Shown here: piece by piece, positions 16,108 through 25,251 of the stretch | Position numbering within the stretch: the first letter of the stretch is position 1 | Layout: every line of letters starts with the position of its first letter | Position numbers and translations under genes: made by a program | Source of the DNA: Nanobdellota archaeon | GTDB lineage: Archaea > Nanobdellota > Nanobdellia > Woesearchaeales > JAHWHD01 | Length of the DNA: 31,016 bases | Assembly: GCA_034722435.1 (NCBI GenBank) | Contig: JAYENX010000045.1 | Span: forward strand, 1-31,016 | Direction: 5' to 3' | The notes under the pieces: generated by a model | Seen by the model: only the letters and a program-made list of their open reading frames with translations | What the model was told of the DNA's origin: nothing | Database searches by the model: none

Positions 16108-17286
16108 TTACACCAATTCATAATAATCTTCAAGAATGATCTTATCAAGATTATTAAGATCTTTCACAGTGTAAAGTCGACCATCACCATGTTCAACGAT
16201 CTTTTTTGCAAGAGCTTCTCCTTTGTTATCCAACCTTATACCTATCAATGAAACAGTAATTCCTGCAGCTCTCATCTTACCAAGCACGCCTAATATCTGT
16301 TCTTCGGTGCCCACCGTAGGAACAGCATCTGTTAAAAGTATTAAATGTCTCGTGACTCCTTGCTCAGGAAAAAGGTCAATAGATTTTTCTAAAACATTGA
16401 TTATATTTGTTTCCCCAGATGCACGAGCATTAGTTATGTCTTTCAGTAACGAAACAAAATCTGTGCTCGGTTCTAAAGATGATTTAATTTCTGAACCAAA
16501 AGAGATTAATCCTACATGATTTCTACTTTCAATTGCTTTGAAAGAAAGTGCTATACCCGCTTTTTTTGCAGTTTCTATCTTTTTACCTTTCATTGAACCT
16601 GAACAGTCCATTGCATAAATTACATAGATCATACCTTTACTCTGCCTTTCAAATACCTTAAGGTCATCAACCATAACAGATTTATGTTTTCTACGAATAG
16701 AAGTTTTGATAGTTCTTTTGATTGCAATATCTCTGTAACGATCACCCTTCTTGAAAGTTTTAATGTCTTCTTTTTCGCCGTAATGAGATAATTTTTTATG
16801 ATGGCGCTCACCAGAAATTCCTTTAGGCATAATGTTGTCAAGTTCTTCTATGTACAATATTACTGATGCCAGTTCAAGACCTTTATCAGTAGGGATGCCA
16901 TCATCGTCAAGTAATTTTAAATCTTTAAGTTTTTCAATATTATCATTTATTTTTTCTTTTAATTCACGTTGAAACTCCGGAATACGAATATTTCTATCTA
17001 CATAACTAGGGTCGTATCCAGTAAGAAAACGAATAATCTTTTCACCATAAAGTTGTTCGGCATTTTTATAATCTTTAACTATATTTTCAAACATTAAATC
17101 AGGCGTAAATGAACCTATACTCATGTTAATAGATTCATTGAGAACTTTGCCTTGATCAATAGTTTCTTCATCATTCTCAAGAACAGAATGCATAAGTGCG
17201 TCATCTTTTGAGATTGAAAGTGAACCTTGAATCTCTTCTACATCAGAAAGTTCTTTGACGTCAACAACGGCGTCAGGGTGAATCAC
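16108..17286 (-). CDS. VWA-domain protein (ChlD/CoxE-like partner of the adjacent AAA+ ATPase)
   Basis: C-terminal MIDAS DCSGSM...GETN...LTDA and DIAIKRTIK segment. Start uncertain: GTG 17286 chosen because the track start (17397) overlaps the ATPase by 125 nt. Confidence 0.85.
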   Translation of the reverse strand: MIHPDAVVDVKELSDVEEIQGSLSISKDDALMHSVLENDEETIDQGKVLNESINMSIGSFTPDLMFENIVKDYKNAEQLYGEKIIRFLTGYDPSYVDRNIRIPEFQRELKEKINDNIEKLKDLKLLDDDGIPTDKGLELASVILYIEELDNIMPKGISGERHHKKLSHYGEKEDIKTFKKGDRYRDIAIKRTIKTSIRRKHKSVMVDDLKVFERQSKGMIYVIYAMDCSGSMKGKKIETAKKAGIALSFKAIESRNHVGLISFGSEIKSSLEPSTDFVSLLKDITNARASGETNIINVLEKSIDLFPEQGVTRHLILLTDAVPTVGTEEQILGVLGKMRAAGITVSLIGIRLDNKGEALAKKIVEHGDGRLYTVKDLNNLDKIILEDYYELV

Positions 17287-18316
17287 CCTTTTCAGTCTTT
17301 TTAATATCTTTATCAAGGGATCTACCGTAATCAGAGTCCATAAGTCCCTGGAACTGATCTTGAATAAAATCTGAAGGGGAAGTGAGATATTTCGCACTTG
17401 GTTTCAATCCGATTCTGTGAGCAATAACAGATATAAGTACATCTTTAATATCTTGAAATATAACAGTCTTACGCTTGTTAAGCAAAGCGTTACTTTGGCT
17501 TCTCTCATATAAGCCTATAGATGCTCTTACACTAGGCTTTTTTTCAAGATCTTTTGATTCTCTTAGAGTTCTTACAAAATATACCATCATATCAAGAAGA
17601 TGAAGGGGAACGGCTACAACAGATTTACCACGGTCAACAACGATCTTTTTTTCTATATCTAAATCTTCAGGGTAAGACATGTATATGACATCGAACCGGT
17701 CTAAAAGTACATCGCTTAATTTTTCTGTTGAAGAATCTTCAGGGTTCATAGTAGCAATAAAAATGAAATCAGCAGGAATGTCTACATCGTAAGAACCGAT
17801 AGTTGCTTTCTTTTCTTGTAATACTTGAAGTAAAGCGTTTTGTAACTTCTCAGGACATCTATTAAGTTCGTCAAAAAATAATACACCTTTATTTGCTTTA
17901 AATATTTTACCAGGAGTGAATGCTTCAAGGCTTAAAGGTCCAAATTTAAGAGCTTTTATAGGGTCTATATCTCCAAGAAGATCTTCAACTGTTAAATCAG
18001 GTGAGCCTTGAATTCTTATGAAACGTTCATTACCAGGAATTTTAACGGATTTTAAAGATTTTGAGGATTTGCAAGAAGGACAAATAGGATTTTTCGGGTC
18101 ACAATGAAATTCACATCCTGCGACAACTTCAATCTCGGGAAGGATTTTTGCAATATTCTTGGCAAGGGTTGTTTTTCCGATACCTGGAGAACCTATAACT
18201 ATAACATGTCTGTTTACTAGAATTGCAGACTTTAACTGTTTTTTAATAGATTCCTGTCCAAGAATGTCTGTAAATATATTTTTTTCAAGAAGTTTTTTTG
18301 ATAGTTCGTTTTTCAT
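17273..18316 (-). CDS. MoxR/ChlI-like AAA+ ATPase, 347 aa
   Basis: Walker A GSPGIGKT, Cys-rich insert CEFHCDPKNPICPSC, Walker B FFDELNR, ATMNP, LLDRF, SVRA. Confidence 0.92.
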   Translation of the reverse strand: MKNELSKKLLEKNIFTDILGQESIKKQLKSAILVNRHVIVIGSPGIGKTTLAKNIAKILPEIEVVAGCEFHCDPKNPICPSCKSSKSLKSVKIPGNERFIRIQGSPDLTVEDLLGDIDPIKALKFGPLSLEAFTPGKIFKANKGVLFFDELNRCPEKLQNALLQVLQEKKATIGSYDVDIPADFIFIATMNPEDSSTEKLSDVLLDRFDVIYMSYPEDLDIEKKIVVDRGKSVVAVPLHLLDMMVYFVRTLRESKDLEKKPSVRASIGLYERSQSNALLNKRKTVIFQDIKDVLISVIAHRIGLKPSAKYLTSPSDFIQDQFQGLMDSDYGRSLDKDIKKTEKGDSP

Positions 18317-18404
18317 GGTTCAATATTAAGGGTTTAGGTTGTTTATAAAGTTTATCATACGCGTAACAAAAGAATTAAATAAACAAATAAAGGAAATTTG
18401 TAAT

Positions 18405-19589
18405 ATGTATGAAGTAATAATCATAGGTGCGGGACCTGCAGGGTTGATGGCTGCAAGGACTCTCAAAGAATGTGGGATAGAGGATTTTATTCTGATTGAT
18501 TCAAAAAAAAAGATTGGAATGCCACTTAGATGTGGAGAGGGAATCGGAACTCACGAGTTTCATGAGTTATTTTCTAAAAGAGAATATGAATTTATTGCTA
18601 ATAAAGTTATAAAACACGACATCATATATGAAGATCTCACAAGAACTTTCAGTTCTGATTTCTATCAATTAAACAGGCCAGAATTTGAAAAGTGGTTAGC
18701 TAAAGACATTGAAAACAAGATAATGTTGAATACTAAAATGCTAAACTTGAACGTACACAAAGGATATGCAGAAGTGACAACCGAAAAAAAAATTCTAAAA
18801 ACGAAAATAGTTCTACTTTGTAATGGATGTAATTTTAAAGTACAACAAAAATTAGGTATGTTAAAAAAAGAGCCAGTTGTTGTTCCCTGTTATGGAGGGT
18901 TATATAAAAAACATAATCTTGACGAAAATAAGTTCTTTTTCATATTCGATAAATATCCAGGAGCTATGTGGGTTTTTCCAAAATCAAAAAATATTGCGAA
19001 TATAGGCATAGGAATATTCAAGTATGATGTAAATATCAAAAAATTTCTTTCTGAATTAAATATAAAATATAAAATAAATGCTGAACAAATATCTGAATTT
19101 TCGGGAACTTTCCCTGCATTTGGACCCATAGATAAAACTTATCATGACAGGTTACTTGTGTGCGGAAATGCTGCAGGATTTGTATTCGCGGGGACTGGTG
19201 AAGGAATATATTTTGCACTTAAATCTGGCAAAATTGCAGCTAATGTATGTGTTAAATCCTTAAAAAAGAATGTTTTCGATAAAAGTGAATTAAAAAATTA
19301 TGAAAAATTATGGAAAAAAGCGTTTGGAAAACAACTTAAAGCAGGAGTAATATTTTTAGATCTACTTGAAATAGGATATAAATTCAATAAAATGCGGTCA
19401 ATGTTTAGCAGTCCTAGCGAAGAAGAATTGAGAGGAATGGTTTTAATAGGAAATATTCCTAAAAGAGCGATGATTCTTTGGAGATTATCGAAACTTTTTA
19501 ATCTGAAAAATAAGAAAAAGATTCCTAAATTATTTAAAATAATGTATAATATATTTAGAAAAGAAAGAAAAAAAAGAAATAAAATTTAA
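18405..19589 (+). CDS. Geranylgeranyl reductase-family FAD-dependent oxidoreductase, 394 aa
   Basis: IIGAGPAG, PLRCGEGI, PGAMWVFP (PxxYxWxFP-like), CGNAAG...GEGIYFA. Start re-called to ATG 18405 (MYEVIIIGAG). Confidence 0.88.
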   Translation: MYEVIIIGAGPAGLMAARTLKECGIEDFILIDSKKKIGMPLRCGEGIGTHEFHELFSKREYEFIANKVIKHDIIYEDLTRTFSSDFYQLNRPEFEKWLAKDIENKIMLNTKMLNLNVHKGYAEVTTEKKILKTKIVLLCNGCNFKVQQKLGMLKKEPVVVPCYGGLYKKHNLDENKFFFIFDKYPGAMWVFPKSKNIANIGIGIFKYDVNIKKFLSELNIKYKINAEQISEFSGTFPAFGPIDKTYHDRLLVCGNAAGFVFAGTGEGIYFALKSGKIAANVCVKSLKKNVFDKSELKNYEKLWKKAFGKQLKAGVIFLDLLEIGYKFNKMRSMFSSPSEEELRGMVLIGNIPKRAMILWRLSKLFNLKNKKKIPKLFKIMYNIFRKERKKRNKI

Positions 19590-19606
19590 AATAAGAAATT
19601 AAAACA

Positions 19607-20011
19607 TTAACGTCGTTTTCTTTTAACAGAACTTCGTTTAGCGGTTTTCTTTTTTGCTGTCCTTTTCTTTACTGTCTTCTTCTTTGTTGCTTTTTTCTTC
19701 ACTACTTTTTTTTTAGTACTTTTAGACTTTTTCTTAGGGGATTTAGATTTTTTCTTGACAGCTTTTTTCTTATAAATTTTAGATTTAATAGATTTTGCTA
19801 TCTTTACCCTTTTCTTCAACGAAGCCTTAAGCTTGTTCTCTAATTTTCGACCTTCTGAAAGAAACTCTTTAGCTAGCTTTTTGCCTTCTTTAGCGTCGAG
19901 ATATCCCTCTTTTTTAAGATCCTTAACATATTTTTCTACTTTGGACTTGGTGAGAACTCCTAGTCCGATTCCAATTAAAACACTTTTCTTAAGCAAATCT
20001 TTTTTTGACAT
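19607..20011 (-). CDS. Phasin-like protein with a C-terminal Lys-rich histone-like tail, 134 aa
   Basis: N-terminal LLKKSVLIGIGLGVLTKSKVEKYVKDLKKEG...EGKK is typical of phasin-family proteins encoded beside UbiB kinases. The tail is KKK-repeat rich. Start re-called to ATG 20011 after SD GAGGTGAT. Confidence 0.75.
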   Translation of the reverse strand: MSKKDLLKKSVLIGIGLGVLTKSKVEKYVKDLKKEGYLDAKEGKKLAKEFLSEGRKLENKLKASLKKRVKIAKSIKSKIYKKKAVKKKSKSPKKKSKSTKKKVVKKKATKKKTVKKRTAKKKTAKRSSVKRKRR

Positions 20012-20016
20012 ATATA

Positions 20017-21684
20017 TCACCTCAAAAATTTTATAAAAATTGTCCTATGAACTACCCAGAGACCTAATATTGCTGCGAATACTAAGCCAGTGATAGGTAT
20101 AAGTGGAAAAGTTTTGAAAGTAAAAGGTTGAGGTTCAATCTGCCAGATTAAAGCAGAACCTACAATTAATGCTGCAACAATAAAACCAAGTGCAATGTTG
20201 CCTGCAGATTTCTCTAATTCTTTACCAATGCTGTTCACATCGGTATCTTCAATATCGATTGAGATTTGGCCTTTACCAATAGTATCAAGAAAACGCGATG
20301 CTTTCTCAGGAATGTCAGATGCTAGTTCAGAATATGCCAATGTATTTCGTTTAAGAAGTTCTTCAATATGTTTTGTAGAATATTTATGTTTCATGATTTT
20401 TTTCAGAATTGGTTTTGTCATACTAATGAAATTATACCCTGGATCGTACTTAAGCGCGATACCTTCCAAAGTTACAAGAGTTTTACCAAAAAGTACATAG
20501 TCCCTAGGAACATGAATATTGTAATGGGAAGCTAGACTGATTGCGTGTTCTAAAAGTAGGCTTACCTCAACATCTTCAGCTCTTGAATAAATTAGGGGGT
20601 CAAATAAATCACGAAGTTCTTGCTTAAAGTCAAACTCGTTTATGTTTTTTGAAGTTCCAAATTTCATGAAAGCGTTTGCAACTTTATCAATATCGTTATC
20701 AAGAACTCCGTAAAAAATTTCAGAAGAGATACGTTTTAACTTGTTATCAAATGAACCTACAATCCCGAAGTCAAGAAATGCAATGTTTCCACCTTTAGTT
20801 ACAAGAATATTTCCGGGATGAGGGTCGGCATGATAAAAACCGTCTTCAAATACTTGCTTAATAATTGCAGAGTAACCTTTATGAAGGATTTTATGAGTAT
20901 CTTTATACTTTTTCTTTATAGTAGAAAAATCGTGCAAAGGAATTCCTTCAACATAATCCATCAATAAAACATTTTTTGTTGCATCGTAAGTTTTAGGAAT
21001 GAATATGTCTTTTCTGTTTCGAAAGTTATGCCTAAACTTAGTTGCATTTGTGGATTCTATTTTGAAATTTAACTCTTTATTAGTCCATCGTTCAAACTCT
21101 GCTATAATCTTAGGTAATTTGTATTGTTTTAATCCGGAGTGATGTTTATCAATGAGTTCTGCAATGTGTTGCATTATTCGTATATCAGTCTTCATAAGAT
21201 TGTCAACTTTAGGTCTTTTTATTTTTACTGCAACAGTTTTACCATTCTTGAGAATTGCTTTATGTACTTGGGAAATTGAAGCTGAAGCGATAGGTTTTTT
21301 TTCAAACCTTTTGAATATCTTGTTCAAAGGTTTTCCTAGTTCTAATTCTACAATAGTTTTTACTTTTTCATAAGAAAAACTAGGAACTTTATCCTGCATC
21401 TTTTCAAATTCAAGAACAAAATCAAAAGGAACTAAATCAGGTCTTAAAGAAAGTAGTTGTCCAAGTTTTATGAACGTTGGCCCCAATCTCTCAAATGCTT
21501 TTCTTAGACTTTTAGCAGTATTGTTTACAGGTTTTTTAATTTTTAATCGTTTGTGAAAAGGTATATGTTTGTTTAACTTTATTTTATCGATGACCACACC
21601 GAAACCCTCTTCAGCAAAAACTAGGAGAATTTCTTCTAATCTTTTTAAATCGTGAAAGTTACGAATTAAGTCTATAACTGACAT
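20017..21684 (-). CDS. ubiB: UbiB/AarF/ABC1-family atypical kinase, 555 aa
   Basis: LGPTFIKLGQ (KxGQ), ASASISQVH, VAVKIKRP, HADPHPGN, LDFG and two C-terminal TM helices. Family-level call only; a role in quinone synthesis is not implied. Confidence 0.92.
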   Translation of the reverse strand: MSVIDLIRNFHDLKRLEEILLVFAEEGFGVVIDKIKLNKHIPFHKRLKIKKPVNNTAKSLRKAFERLGPTFIKLGQLLSLRPDLVPFDFVLEFEKMQDKVPSFSYEKVKTIVELELGKPLNKIFKRFEKKPIASASISQVHKAILKNGKTVAVKIKRPKVDNLMKTDIRIMQHIAELIDKHHSGLKQYKLPKIIAEFERWTNKELNFKIESTNATKFRHNFRNRKDIFIPKTYDATKNVLLMDYVEGIPLHDFSTIKKKYKDTHKILHKGYSAIIKQVFEDGFYHADPHPGNILVTKGGNIAFLDFGIVGSFDNKLKRISSEIFYGVLDNDIDKVANAFMKFGTSKNINEFDFKQELRDLFDPLIYSRAEDVEVSLLLEHAISLASHYNIHVPRDYVLFGKTLVTLEGIALKYDPGYNFISMTKPILKKIMKHKYSTKHIEELLKRNTLAYSELASDIPEKASRFLDTIGKGQISIDIEDTDVNSIGKELEKSAGNIALGFIVAALIVGSALIWQIEPQPFTFKTFPLIPITGLVFAAILGLWVVHRTIFIKFLR

Positions 21685-21816
21685 TTTACCTCTTTTTTAT
21701 GTAATATAACACTATAATAATATTATAATAATACTATATAGAAAAAGTAGAGGTTTTAATTTATAAACCTTTCTTAAAGGAAAGCTTTTTAAATATTAAT
21801 AAGAATTAAAATTTTT

Positions 21817-24015
21817 ATGTCTTATGAACTTATTATTGCAGAGAAACCAGCGGCAGCAAATAAAATTGCAACCGCATTAGCAGATGGTAAAGCAATTAAA
21901 AAAAATGAGAAAGGAGTTCCATACTATGAGGTTACACATGGAAATAAAGATATTGTTGTTGTATGTGCGGTAGGACATTTATATGGATTAACACAGAAAG
22001 AAGGTAAAAAAGGTCAAGTACCCGTATTTGATATTGAATGGAAACCGACTCATGAAACATCAAAAACTGCAAAATTCTCAAAAAAATATTTAATGGTAAT
22101 CAAAAAGTTAAGTAAAAATGCTAAAGAAATAACAGTCGCAACGGACTTTGATATTGAAGGAGAAGTTATTGGATTAAATATAGTAAGGTATGCTTGCAAG
22201 AAAAAAGATGCACGAAGAATGAAGTTTTCAACTTTAACTAAACCTGACTTAATCAAAGCTTATGAAAATGTTTCAAAACATCTTGATTGGGGACAAGCTA
22301 ATGCGGGTGAAACTCGACATAAATTGGACTGGTTCTATGGTATAAATACAAGTAGATCGCTTATGAGAGCTATCAAAAAAGCGGGAATGTTCAAGTTATT
22401 GTCAACAGGAAGGGTGCAAGGACCTGCACTAAAGTTCATAGTTGATAGAGAAAAAGATATTGCTGCTTTCAAACCTGTTCCGTTCTGGCAAATTGAATTA
22501 AAAGGTAAAGTTAAAAAAAATAGTATTATTGCATCACATGAAAAAGATAAATTCTGGGATAAGGATGAAGCTAAAAAAGCATTAAAAAATACAAAAAAGA
22601 AAGACGGCATCATTGATAAAGTTGAAAGAAGAAAGATGAATCAAAAACCGCCACATCCTTTTGATCTTACCAGTTTACAAGTTGAAGCGCATAAATGTTT
22701 ACATATATCACCAAAAGAAACTCTTTCAATAGGTCAAGAACTTTATACTGCAGGATATATGTCATATCCGAGAACATCGTCACAAAAATTACCAGAGTCT
22801 ATAGAATATAAAAAGATTCTTAAAAGTTTAGCAAAGCAAACTAATTATAAAAAAGGTTGCAACTTTCTTCTAAAAAAATCATCTCTTAAACCTAATGAAG
22901 GTAAAAAAAATGATGCAGCACATCCTGCAATATATCCAACAGGGGTACAACCTAAATCGCTTAAACCAAGAGAAGCAAAAGTTTACGATTTAGTTGTTAG
23001 AAGATTCCTTGCGACTTTTGGTGATGACGCTGTAAGAGAAACTATGAAAGTCGTAATTGATGTAAACAAAGAAATGTTTATTTCAAAAGGTACTCGAACA
23101 GTTGAAAAAGGTTGGCACGAATTATATGGAAAATATACAATGCTTAAAGAAGAAGAACTTCCGGCAGTCTCAGAAGGAGAAGCTGTAAAAGTTGATAAAA
23201 TAGTTATGCACGATAAAGAAACTCAACCTCCTAAAAGGTTTACTGAATCTTCTATAATAAAAGAATTAGAAAGAAGAGGACTTGGAACGAAAGCTACTAG
23301 AGCATCAATAGTTGACACATTGTTCCATAGAGCTTATGTTGAAGGTAAACCTATTAAAGCGACTGAGCTAGGCATTAAAACTTCAGATACATTATCCAAG
23401 TATTCTCCAACGATTGTTGATGAAGAACTTACTCGACATTTTGAAGATGAGATGGAAAGTATTAGAGATGGTAAAAGTAAATCCGAGAACATTATAGAAA
23501 AAGCTAAAAAATCAGTCACTAAAATTGTGAATGATTTTAAAAAACATGAGGCTAAAGTTGGTAAAGAATTAATGGATGCTCAGATTGAAACAAGGGATGA
23601 GCTTAGCATGGTGGGCAAATGTCCTACATGCAAAGAAGGAGAACTTCACATAAGAAAAGGTAAATTTGGAAGATTTATTGCATGTAACAAGTATCCAGAT
23701 TGTAAAACTACCTTTAGTTTACCTAAAGGAGGATTGATTAAAGGGGCTGACAAAATCTGCGAGAAGTGTGGATATCCTATGATTCTAGTAATTAAAAAAG
23801 GTAAAAGACCGCAAGAAATATGTTTTAACAAAGATTGTGAATCAAAAAAGTTAGATAAAGCTGAAGCTAAAGAAGTAAAGGCAATTGAAAGTGGTAAACT
23901 TGAAAAGAAATGTCCCAAGTGTGGAGCAGATTTAGTTTTAAGAAGTTCAATATACGGCAAGTTTTTAGGTTGTTCAAAGTATCCTAAATGTAGGTATACT
24001 GAGAAGTTAGGTTAA
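21817..24015 (+). CDS. topA: Type IA DNA topoisomerase with C-terminal zinc ribbons, 732 aa
   Basis: TOPRIM IAEKP...GHL...ATDFDIEGE, STGRVQGP, active-site SYPRT, DAAHPAIYPT, LGTKATR, and three C-terminal Cys4-type ribbons. Confidence 0.97.
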   Translation: MSYELIIAEKPAAANKIATALADGKAIKKNEKGVPYYEVTHGNKDIVVVCAVGHLYGLTQKEGKKGQVPVFDIEWKPTHETSKTAKFSKKYLMVIKKLSKNAKEITVATDFDIEGEVIGLNIVRYACKKKDARRMKFSTLTKPDLIKAYENVSKHLDWGQANAGETRHKLDWFYGINTSRSLMRAIKKAGMFKLLSTGRVQGPALKFIVDREKDIAAFKPVPFWQIELKGKVKKNSIIASHEKDKFWDKDEAKKALKNTKKKDGIIDKVERRKMNQKPPHPFDLTSLQVEAHKCLHISPKETLSIGQELYTAGYMSYPRTSSQKLPESIEYKKILKSLAKQTNYKKGCNFLLKKSSLKPNEGKKNDAAHPAIYPTGVQPKSLKPREAKVYDLVVRRFLATFGDDAVRETMKVVIDVNKEMFISKGTRTVEKGWHELYGKYTMLKEEELPAVSEGEAVKVDKIVMHDKETQPPKRFTESSIIKELERRGLGTKATRASIVDTLFHRAYVEGKPIKATELGIKTSDTLSKYSPTIVDEELTRHFEDEMESIRDGKSKSENIIEKAKKSVTKIVNDFKKHEAKVGKELMDAQIETRDELSMVGKCPTCKEGELHIRKGKFGRFIACNKYPDCKTTFSLPKGGLIKGADKICEKCGYPMILVIKKGKRPQEICFNKDCESKKLDKAEAKEVKAIESGKLEKKCPKCGADLVLRSSIYGKFLGCSKYPKCRYTEKLG

Positions 24016-25251
24016 TTATTCTAGTTTTATAGTTTTAACTTTTTCTTTCACATAAGCTTCTTTTATCAAATTTTTAGCCAGGTCTTTAGGTTTTCTAAAT
24101 ATTCGTTTCGTAATAGCAAATATTCTTGATTCTCCAACTATTGTCCGCTTATGCTTGCTTAAAAATTTTTTTACATGAAAATCCGAAGAATAGACTAAAG
24201 GTCCAGAGTGTTTTTTATATTTAGGTAAGAGTTTTGGATAAGTTAAGAACCAAAGGTGGACTTTGTCGTTCCAGTTCCAACCAGAGTCCATGATAGAAAA
24301 TTCAGATAAAATAAATTGTTTTTTAAAATAATTATAAACTTTCAAAATCTTGCTCCCTACAACATCTTCTTTACCGTTAAGAGGGTTTATTTTAACAAGA
24401 ATTAAATCAACATCATAAGACTTAGATTTTTCTTTTAAAGAAGTTATTGAGAAAATAGATTTGTCAAAAAATATGTTAGAAGGTTTCTGAAGATATCTTC
24501 TTGCGGCAAGCACAAATTTACTAAAAGTTTCAAGATTAAGAGCTGCAGCAGCATTACGATTTTTCTGTACAGGGTCTATTACTATTAAAGGGCTGTCAAG
24601 CTTAGACTTATTTAATTTCTTAAATACTTGTTTTTTAGATGAATAATAATTCGCAGTGTCAATCACTTGTTCAGGTTTCCATTTACTTACCGCTTTTAAG
24701 AGTTTAGTAAAACCCCCATAGTGGATAACTAAAATTTCAAGAATGTAGCCTGAAAAGCCATTAATATAAGATTCAGCACCATAAACTCCTTGCGCTTTAC
24801 AAAAACGTTTAGCAAGCCGTACATGATCAGAAAGGTTCTTAATATTTTTTTTAACCCATATTGCATGAAGGGGACTTACATCCGTAACATTCAAAGCCCG
24901 AGATGATTTTTTAATATCTATAACAGGTACAATCTCAAAATGTGCACCTTTATACTTAAACTGAAAATAGTCCCTGCTTCCATGCACTCGTGCAGGTTTA
25001 AATATTTTTAATATTGGTTCAAGAATATCTGAGAGATTTTTATTCTTATAAGACATATGAAACCTTACAAAAATATCAATATCAAAATCGCCTTTCAAAT
25101 TAGTACCTTTTGCAAGAGAACCACCAATTACAGGAGAAGCTTTGATACCTTTTTTCTCAAGCTTTTCACAAATCAAACTAACAACTTTATCTGCGGTACC
25201 TAGCAGAGATTTACCTGGTTTAATCTTTTTAACAACATCTTTTAAAATCAT
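24016..25251 (-). CDS. cca: Archaeal class I CCA-adding enzyme, 411 aa
   Basis: GGSLAKGTNLKGDFDIDIF, HGSRDY, EIVPV, DVSPLH, GVYGAESYINGFSGY, IDPVQKNRNAAAA. Confidence 0.96.
   Translation of the reverse strand: MILKDVVKKIKPGKSLLGTADKVVSLICEKLEKKGIKASPVIGGSLAKGTNLKGDFDIDIFVRFHMSYKNKNLSDILEPILKIFKPARVHGSRDYFQFKYKGAHFEIVPVIDIKKSSRALNVTDVSPLHAIWVKKNIKNLSDHVRLAKRFCKAQGVYGAESYINGFSGYILEILVIHYGGFTKLLKAVSKWKPEQVIDTANYYSSKKQVFKKLNKSKLDSPLIVIDPVQKNRNAAAALNLETFSKFVLAARRYLQKPSNIFFDKSIFSITSLKEKSKSYDVDLILVKINPLNGKEDVVGSKILKVYNYFKKQFILSEFSIMDSGWNWNDKVHLWFLTYPKLLPKYKKHSGPLVYSSDFHVKKFLSKHKRTIVGESRIFAITKRIFRKPKDLAKNLIKEAYVKEKVKTIKLE

Noticed and set aside
21711-21735. TATAATAATA direct repeat upstream of ubiB/topA
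   Set aside because: Low-complexity AT sequence, only two copies, not significant.
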